Shown in pieces: positions 57,995-64,000 of a DNA stretch of 64,000 nucleotides. The notes under the pieces are model-generated. The model worked only from the letters and a program-made list of their open reading frames with translations. It made no database searches and was not told the origin of the DNA. Origin of the DNA: Bacteriovoracaceae bacterium (GTDB taxonomy: Bacteria > Bdellovibrionota > Bacteriovoracia > Bacteriovoracales > Bacteriovoracaceae); the NCBI GenBank assembly GCA_048270185.1, contig JBLWTJ010000001.1, forward strand, positions 1,280,001 to 1,344,000, written 5' to 3'. Each line of letters opens with the position of its first letter. The stretch's first letter is position 1. The translations under genes were made by a program, and so were the position numbers.

Positions 57995-59722
57995 CTACTC
58001 CGAGATAATCCCAAAATCGAGAGAGATACTACCCTTTGGCATAAAGTTTAGCTCGATCTCATAAGGTGAATTATTAATTTCAACGTGATTTTGATCAATC
58101 ATCTTTTGAAAGACATATTCCGATGGATATTTAATTGTAAGCTTTTGCTTATAACTTGATGGATTAAAAAAGCTAATGCGCTTAACTTTGTCATACTTAA
58201 GATCAGAAGAAGCTACTCCCCTTTCTTGCCACTTATGTCTAATCTCTCCACTTTGAGTGATCTGACAAGAGCTATGGCCTATGCTTTCAATTACCTTATT
58301 CCAGAACGTATCAAGCTCCTGCGCTGAACATTCTTTAAAATCATTTGAGTTAAAGATAAGAAGTCTTCCATCACCCATGGCAATAGTATTGATCTCAGTT
58401 AGGTAGCGAATTTTTTCAACGCTTAACTCATTTTCAAGATAGAAAGATTCAAGTCTTCTCACAAGAGCGCGATCAAGATGGGCAAGATCAATAATGACTC
58501 TCCCACCGCTCATGAAAAGTTTTAAAACTTTTCCAAGTAGCTTGTCGTTAATCTCTTTTCCATTAAAGTAGAAGAATTGAAATGAACTCTCCACGAGGTC
58601 TTCCCAGTGAAAAGTATTAATGTCATTAAAGCAATAATCCCACTGAAACTTAGTCTGACAAAACTTAAGAAAGCCTGAATCAATTAATTGATCCTTACTC
58701 TTTCGATCCTTCTTATCATGAAAGATACAAATTGCGTTTGAGGCCTTAAAGATAAATTCATTTTGCGCAAGGATTGTCTTCTCATTATAGAATTCATCAA
58801 GACGAGAAGAATTAATCACCTGCTTTTTTAGATCAGTATAAATTCCATTCTTGTGACGATTTGGCAGAAGAATTGAAGATGGAAGCATTCCATTATCAAG
58901 ACTCTTAAGGGCATCATCAACAATCTTGGAGTCACTCATTTGATCAAGCATTCTCACTTCGATTGAAGACATCGAACCTTCTAAGAAAGAAAAATTCTTT
59001 GTCCCCTGCCAATTCTTATTTAGAGTTTCCTTGGCAATATCGACGTAGATATTTGAGATTGTTTCATTATATTCAAGAATAAAGTCACGTTCTTGATCTG
59101 GTGTAATCTTCTCTAGTTTTAGCTCATGCTTCTTCATATCGATAAAGCGAGTAAGCCCCGATTGAAACGCCACGGAACGATCAAATATATAAGAGTTAAA
59201 AATACCATTAGCGTAGTGCCCGCAAGTCGCGGCCCACAGAGGCGCCTTGATTTCACTCTTTTCAAAGTAAGCACTAAGCTCACTACAAAAGCGAGAGAAA
59301 CCTTTATAAACTCTTGGATCGTAGAAGCTATAGAAATTATGAAGAGTGCCATCACTATCAGCACTTCCCATATTGATTCCATATTCATCACAACTTGCAG
59401 TACGTGCAAGAAGATACGGAATCCCACCATTTGGTAAGTATGGAACAGGAGTTACCGGAAGAAGAAAAATAATTTCTTTTTCAAGTTCTTGGCAAATATC
59501 GTAAAGACGCTTGAAGTCCGTCTCAGGCTTTTGAGACGCAAAATCGATCTTATCACCCGTATCCGTGTGAAAGCTCCAATTAATTGGTACGATTATCTTA
59601 TCAGTTAAAGATGTTTGTTCTATTTTAGATTTCCAAAGGGAAGCTGAAGTTTTCCAGTAAAAGAACCAATTCTCTCCTGGAAATACCGTGTCCTCATCCT
59701 TGACTACAGGTGTTGTAAGCAT
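57995..59722 (-). CDS. Hypothetical protein with degenerate GH35-like N-terminus
   Basis: AAGGAG RBS; VPINWSFH...IDF...DFKRL...GGIPYLL resembles the GH35 N-terminus. Confidence 0.6.
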   Translation of the reverse strand: MLTTPVVKDEDTVFPGENWFFYWKTSASLWKSKIEQTSLTDKIIVPINWSFHTDTGDKIDFASQKPETDFKRLYDICQELEKEIIFLLPVTPVPYLPNGGIPYLLARTASCDEYGINMGSADSDGTLHNFYSFYDPRVYKGFSRFCSELSAYFEKSEIKAPLWAATCGHYANGIFNSYIFDRSVAFQSGLTRFIDMKKHELKLEKITPDQERDFILEYNETISNIYVDIAKETLNKNWQGTKNFSFLEGSMSSIEVRMLDQMSDSKIVDDALKSLDNGMLPSSILLPNRHKNGIYTDLKKQVINSSRLDEFYNEKTILAQNEFIFKASNAICIFHDKKDRKSKDQLIDSGFLKFCQTKFQWDYCFNDINTFHWEDLVESSFQFFYFNGKEINDKLLGKVLKLFMSGGRVIIDLAHLDRALVRRLESFYLENELSVEKIRYLTEINTIAMGDGRLLIFNSNDFKECSAQELDTFWNKVIESIGHSSCQITQSGEIRHKWQERGVASSDLKYDKVKRISFFNPSSYKQKLTIKYPSEYVFQKMIDQNHVEINNSPYEIELNFMPKGSISLDFGIISE

Positions 59723-59905
59723 CAATCCACTCCTTAAGAAATATTGTAGGTTAGCCAAAACACTTTGACAATTTCAACTACTTACAAATTTCAATCAATT
59801 AGCTAAACACACAATAATGGGCAAAAACATTTTGGGCCTTATTGCCATCGAATGTAAGACACGGTAAGTTATTTCAGACAAAAATTCGATTGAGGGGACA
59901 AAAGC

Positions 59906-61048
59906 ATGTGGTATTTCACTGAAGAAGAAAAACAAATCCAAAAAATGTGTCGCGACTTCGCTAGACAAGAATTAGCACCAGTTGCAGAAAAGCATGACAC
60001 AGATGAAACATTCAACATGGATGCCTTCAAAAAAATGGGTGAAATTGGAGTTCTTGGAATTACTGCAGACCCTGAATATGGCGGAGCTGGAATGGGTGCT
60101 CTTGCTGCAACAATTGTCATGGAAGAATTTGGTAAAGCTTGTGCTTCTTCAACTCTTTCATACCTTGCTCACTCAATTCTTTGTGTGAACAATATCGAAA
60201 ACAACGCTTCAAAAGAACAAAAAGAAAAATATCTTCCAAAGCTTATCACTGGTGAGCACATCGGTTGTATGGGTATGTCTGAGCCAGAATACGGATCGGA
60301 TGCAGTAGGTATTCAAACAAAAGCAGAAAAGAAAGACGACCACTATCTTCTAAATGGTACGAAGATGTGGATCACAAATGCTCAGTATGCAGATATCGCT
60401 TACGTTTACACAAGAACAGGAAAAGAGAGAAAGAACCTTTCAACTTTCATTCTTGAAAAAGACAAGGGACACTTCGACTTTGGTAGCCCAATCCACAAAA
60501 TGGGTATGCGTGCATCACCTACTGGTGAGCTAATCTTTGACAACGCTAAAGTTGGTCTTGAGCAACTTGTTGGTAACGAAGGTGACTCAATTTATCACAT
60601 GATGAAAAACCTTGAGATCGAAAGAATCACGATCGCAGGTATCTCACTTGGTATCGCACAAGCTTGTGTTGATCAGTGTATTAAATATGCTAACGAAAGA
60701 TCACAATTTGGAAAAAATATTGGTGAATACCAAATGATCCAAAAAATGATCGCAGAGATGGCAACTGAAACTGAAATGATGAGAAACTTCCTCTACAACG
60801 TAGCTTACCGTTACGATCAAGGAGAGAAGGGGCCAGTTGTAGCAGCTCAAGTTAAGCTAGCTATTCCAAAGATGGCAACAAAAATTGCACTTGATGCTAT
60901 CCAACTTCACGGTGGATATGGTTACTCAAGAGAGTTCCCAGTTGAGCGCATGATGAGAGATAATAAACTTAATGAAATTGGTGCTGGTACTAATGAGGTA
61001 ATGATTATGATCATTGCTAAGAATCTACTTAAGGCAGCACAGGCATAG
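59906..61048 (+). CDS. Acyl-CoA dehydrogenase (isovaleryl-CoA dehydrogenase-like)
   Basis: SYLAHS, MSEPEYGSD, NGTKMWITN, KMGMRAS, GGYGY, EIGAGTNE. Confidence 0.92.
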   Translation: MWYFTEEEKQIQKMCRDFARQELAPVAEKHDTDETFNMDAFKKMGEIGVLGITADPEYGGAGMGALAATIVMEEFGKACASSTLSYLAHSILCVNNIENNASKEQKEKYLPKLITGEHIGCMGMSEPEYGSDAVGIQTKAEKKDDHYLLNGTKMWITNAQYADIAYVYTRTGKERKNLSTFILEKDKGHFDFGSPIHKMGMRASPTGELIFDNAKVGLEQLVGNEGDSIYHMMKNLEIERITIAGISLGIAQACVDQCIKYANERSQFGKNIGEYQMIQKMIAEMATETEMMRNFLYNVAYRYDQGEKGPVVAAQVKLAIPKMATKIALDAIQLHGGYGYSREFPVERMMRDNKLNEIGAGTNEVMIMIIAKNLLKAAQA

Positions 61049-61188
61049 ATGGTCTCCGCCCATGCATCGCTGACGTTGCGACGTCGCGATTGCACAACGG
61101 TAAAGCTGCTCGTCATAATGCTCTCGCATGATGACGCCCGCAGATTATGATCATTGCTAAGAATCTACTTAAGGCGGCGCAAGCTTAA
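61003..61188 (+). repeat. 46-bp direct repeat of the gene 3' end flanking a 94-bp structured insert
   Basis: 61003-61048 vs 61143-61188: 33 bp identical, then 5 third-position differences. Confidence 0.9.
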
Positions 61189-61890
61189 TTAAAGCTCAAG
61201 CCCGCCCGCTTTCCAATCACCTATACTTGATTCACGGTCAGCTTCATTCTTGCTGGCCGGAACTCTATTGAAATTCTTTTGAACAGGCGCCACAGGAGTG
61301 GAACCAAATTTAACTGTGTGGCGTGAAGAAGTTGGAGCTTCAACAGTTTTTACTTTATCAACTTCGGCCATCATTTTACGTCCCATACGATTAATTGTAT
61401 CTGTACTTGCACGGTTATGAGCATCAAGACGTTGTTGGTAGTTCTTCTCCATTGCTGCAAGTTTTTGCTTATATTCAAGCGCTGACATTTTCACTTTCTT
61501 CAAGTTTTCTAATTCAGTCGTCACCGCTGCAAGATCAGACTTACTCTTTTCAATAATGGCCTTAAGCGAATTGACGTGTGCGACTTTATGACCAAGTGTT
61601 TGCTTAGCGATATCTTGGATCTTCTTATCGGCCATGTACTTCATGCGCTCCATTTTTAACTTGTCGATCTCACTACCTAATTCAAGGTTTGCTTGAGAAA
61701 GAGATTCAATTTGCGCATTCTTTTTAAACTGACCAAAACCAAGCATCACTGCACAGGCAAGTAGAGCGATATTTGTTGCAGAAAAGATACTACTACTTCC
61801 CTTCTTAGATTTCTTGGCCTTTGATTTCTTCACTCTCTTAGAGTGAACGACGTTCTTGTGTTGTGGTCTAAATTCTTTTAGCGTTTCCAT
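61189..61890 (-). CDS. Hypothetical TM + coiled-coil protein
   Basis: Basic N-terminus, single TM, long heptad region. Confidence 0.75.
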   Translation of the reverse strand: METLKEFRPQHKNVVHSKRVKKSKAKKSKKGSSSIFSATNIALLACAVMLGFGQFKKNAQIESLSQANLELGSEIDKLKMERMKYMADKKIQDIAKQTLGHKVAHVNSLKAIIEKSKSDLAAVTTELENLKKVKMSALEYKQKLAAMEKNYQQRLDAHNRASTDTINRMGRKMMAEVDKVKTVEAPTSSRHTVKFGSTPVAPVQKNFNRVPASKNEADRESSIGDWKAGGLEL

Positions 61891-62016
61891 GTACTCATTA
61901 TATTTTGATTTGGGGTGAGAACTTAGCTCTTTTCTGGCGGCATACTGATTTCAGTACGTTAATGGAGATTTGAATGGTTAAGCCTATGCAATAATTCTGG
62001 GCACAAGACCCAGCTC

Positions 62017-62196
62017 TTAGTGTGAGCTGAAGTATCTGGCAAAGTCCTGAGCTAGTGGATAAAGAATTAAGTGCATGATAGTAATAACTGCCATCGAGGC
62101 TACGATGAGCATGTAAGGAAATGAATCAGTAAGCTCAACTTCCTCAACAGCTTCAACTTCGTCGGTCTGTGATAGGCGTAGGTCGTTGTGTTTCAT
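62017..62196 (-). CDS. 59-aa single-pass membrane protein (absent from ORF track)
   Basis: GAGGAGG RBS; MKHNDLRLSQTDEVEAVEEVELTDSFPYMLIVASMAVITIMHLILYPLAQDFARYFSSH; CTGGG/CCCAG hairpin after stop. Confidence 0.72.
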   Translation of the reverse strand: MKHNDLRLSQTDEVEAVEEVELTDSFPYMLIVASMAVITIMHLILYPLAQDFARYFSSH

Positions 62197-62423
62197 GTAA
62201 TCCTCCTCTTTTGCGATTGGGAGGGAATTTCACCCTTTCTATAATTGTAGCGCACATATTCATTAAATAAAACCTATCTAATTCATACATTATATAAACT
62301 ATTGTAATTACGTAGTAGAGACCGAGTAAATTTATAAAATTTAACCATTTAAGATTTCTTTGGTAATGTAGGTGGATTTTACAATTTACTAAGTTATACG
62401 CTTGCAATTTTAAGGGTTTATCT

Positions 62424-63557
62424 ATGAATGATATGCAAAAAGAGATCGTTGAAGGCCTAAGACGCTTTCGCCTGGAAAAAATCGAACCACATATGGAACA
62501 CGACGACTTTGAAGGAAAATTCCGCATGGAAATCTTCAATGAGTTAGGAGAGCTTGGCTTTACAGGGATGACTGTTTCAGAAGAGTACGGTGGATTAAAC
62601 CTTCCTGTTCAAGACTATAGTTATGCTCTTGAAGAAATCGCAAAATCTTCAGTTGCCTATGCTGTAACAATTTCTGTTTCTTCGATGGTGCAATCGATTC
62701 TTGATATCTTTGGAAATAAGGAACAAAAAGAAAAATACCTTCCAGCACTAACAAGCGGAGAGGCCATTGGTGCCTTCGCCCTTTCAGAATCAGGTTCTGG
62801 TTCAGATGCTGCTAGCCTATCAACAACTGCAAAAAAAGTTGATGGTGGTTATATTTTAAATGGTTCAAAACTTTGGATCACTTCAGGTGGAATTGCTAAG
62901 ACTTATGTTGTGATGGCAAGAACTGGAGGAGAAGGAGCAAAAGGCGTTTCAGCATTCATCGTTGAAGATGGAATGGAAGGATTCACTTATGGTAAGAAAG
63001 AGAGAAAGATGGGATGGAATATCTCGCCAACTCGCGAATTACTTTTTGAAAATTGTTTTGTTCCAGATGCCAACCTTCTACAAAATGAAGGAGAAGGTTT
63101 TAAAGTTGCCATGAGTGGACTTGATAAGGGACGTATTGCAATCGGTTCGATCTCTGTTGGCTGTGCCCAGCGTGCACTTGATGAAGCTATCAAGTATTCA
63201 CTTGAGAGAAAGCAATTCAAACAAGCAATCTTTGATTTTCAAGGGCTACAATTTATGATGGCCGATATGGCATGTGATGTTGAAGCTTCAAGGCTTCTCG
63301 TTCAAGCAGCAGCAAAGTCTCTTGATGATGGAAAGCCAAATCAAAAACTTGCTTCAATGGCAAAGATGAGAGCAAGTGATACGGCCATGAAAGTAACAAC
63401 TGATGCAGTTCAAATTCTTGGTGGTGTTGGTTATACAAAAGAATATCCTGTAGAGCGTTTCATGCGAGATGCAAAGGTTCTTCAGATTGTTGAAGGTACA
63501 AATCAAATCCAAAAAGTTGTTATCTCAAGACTTCTTAGAAAGGAGTATGAATCGTAA
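62424..63557 (+). CDS. Acyl-CoA dehydrogenase (short-chain type)
   Basis: FALSESGSGSDA, NGSKLWIT, KMG, GGVGY, IVEGTNQIQ. Confidence 0.93.
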   Translation: MNDMQKEIVEGLRRFRLEKIEPHMEHDDFEGKFRMEIFNELGELGFTGMTVSEEYGGLNLPVQDYSYALEEIAKSSVAYAVTISVSSMVQSILDIFGNKEQKEKYLPALTSGEAIGAFALSESGSGSDAASLSTTAKKVDGGYILNGSKLWITSGGIAKTYVVMARTGGEGAKGVSAFIVEDGMEGFTYGKKERKMGWNISPTRELLFENCFVPDANLLQNEGEGFKVAMSGLDKGRIAIGSISVGCAQRALDEAIKYSLERKQFKQAIFDFQGLQFMMADMACDVEASRLLVQAAAKSLDDGKPNQKLASMAKMRASDTAMKVTTDAVQILGGVGYTKEYPVERFMRDAKVLQIVEGTNQIQKVVISRLLRKEYES

Positions 63558-64000
63558 TGAAAATCGAAATTAGCTCTTTTATTAATGAGAATGACTTTTC
63601 AACTATAATTGATGAAAAGATTAACCAGTTTAAATCAAGTGAGCGCTATGAGTGCATCTCTAGACTAGCTGACTCTCACTATCAACAACAGTGTTTTGAT
63701 GTTCTTGAAAGATTCAATGCAAAGAAAACATTTGTGCAAATTGGAATTGGTGGAAGTTCACTAGGGCCTGAAATGCTTATCAGTGCTCTTGGACATAACT
63801 CACAGAGAAATTTCGTATTTTTAAATAATATTGATCCTGATGATACAAAGAATAAATTAGATAAGATTGATCTTAAAGAATCTCTTTTCTACGTTGTTTC
63901 TAAATCAGGAGGAACAGCTGAAACACTTGCTTCATTTGCTATCGTTGCAAATAAATTAAATCAAGCTGGTGTTAATGAAGAAAATTTAAAAGACTATTTT
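63557..64000 (+). CDS. pgi: Glucose-6-phosphate isomerase (3' end outside window)
   Basis: Manual translation from TAATG overlap: IGIGGSSLGP, NNIDP, VVSKSGGTAET. Confidence 0.9.
   Translation, partial: MKIEISSFINENDFSTIIDEKINQFKSSERYECISRLADSHYQQQCFDVLERFNAKKTFVQIGIGGSSLGPEMLISALGHNSQRNFVFLNNIDPDDTKNKLDKIDLKESLFYVVSKSGGTAETLASFAIVANKLNQAGVNEENLKDYF

Noticed and set aside
61049..61143. Integron attC site
   Set aside because: No RYYYAAC...GTTRRRY boundaries seen
61046..61150. Amber readthrough (Pyl/Sec-like) into an in-frame 33-codon extension
   Set aside because: The enzyme is already complete, the duplicate end is out of frame (140 bp), and no pyl/sel genes are in the window
2213..63438. 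Many 60-130 aa ORFs in the track nested in or antisense to longer genes (e.g. 14894-15208, 36584-36919, 55275-55583, 56362-56727, 62153-62539)
   Set aside because: Shadow frames of well-supported genes with no recognisable motifs

Overview
AT-rich bacterial chromosomal window. Gene content and order suggest a predatory Bdellovibrionota of the Bacteriovorax/Halobacteriovorax type (inference, not a database result). It is mostly core genes: aspS (partial), ftsB-like, polB, queD, a Bacteroidota-style Phe/Tyr operon, a WYL-YciB-kinase-PP2C operon, motAB, pabB-like, dnaB, rplI, a fused rpsF-rpsR, rng, nucleoside salvage (nupC, pdp, punA), xseA, ctpA-envC-ftsX-ftsE, an HD dNTPase, a GAF-AAA-Fis regulator, tolBARQ, lapB, sppA, rlmN, two EEP-family proteins, two acyl-CoA dehydrogenases and pgi (partial). 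No rRNA, tRNA or CRISPR array was recognised. Main points of interest: (1) an AT-rich islet at about 50.5-54.6 kb with a REP-associated HUH tyrosine transposase (RAYT) bracketed by inverted GGTTCCAGGTGC repeats and by two paralogous genes with near-identical 5' ends; related palindromes occur at 24.3 kb and as ends of a 206-bp non-coding element at 23.5 kb; (2) a synonymously recoded duplicate of an acyl-CoA dehydrogenase 3' end flanking a 94-bp two-hairpin insert; (3) a single-chain S6-S18 ribosomal protein with an S6:S18-type leader RNA; (4) a probable ATC start codon for tolA; (5) several apparent pseudoenzymes; (6) recurring sigma28-like promoters; (7) two small ORFs missing from the ORF track.
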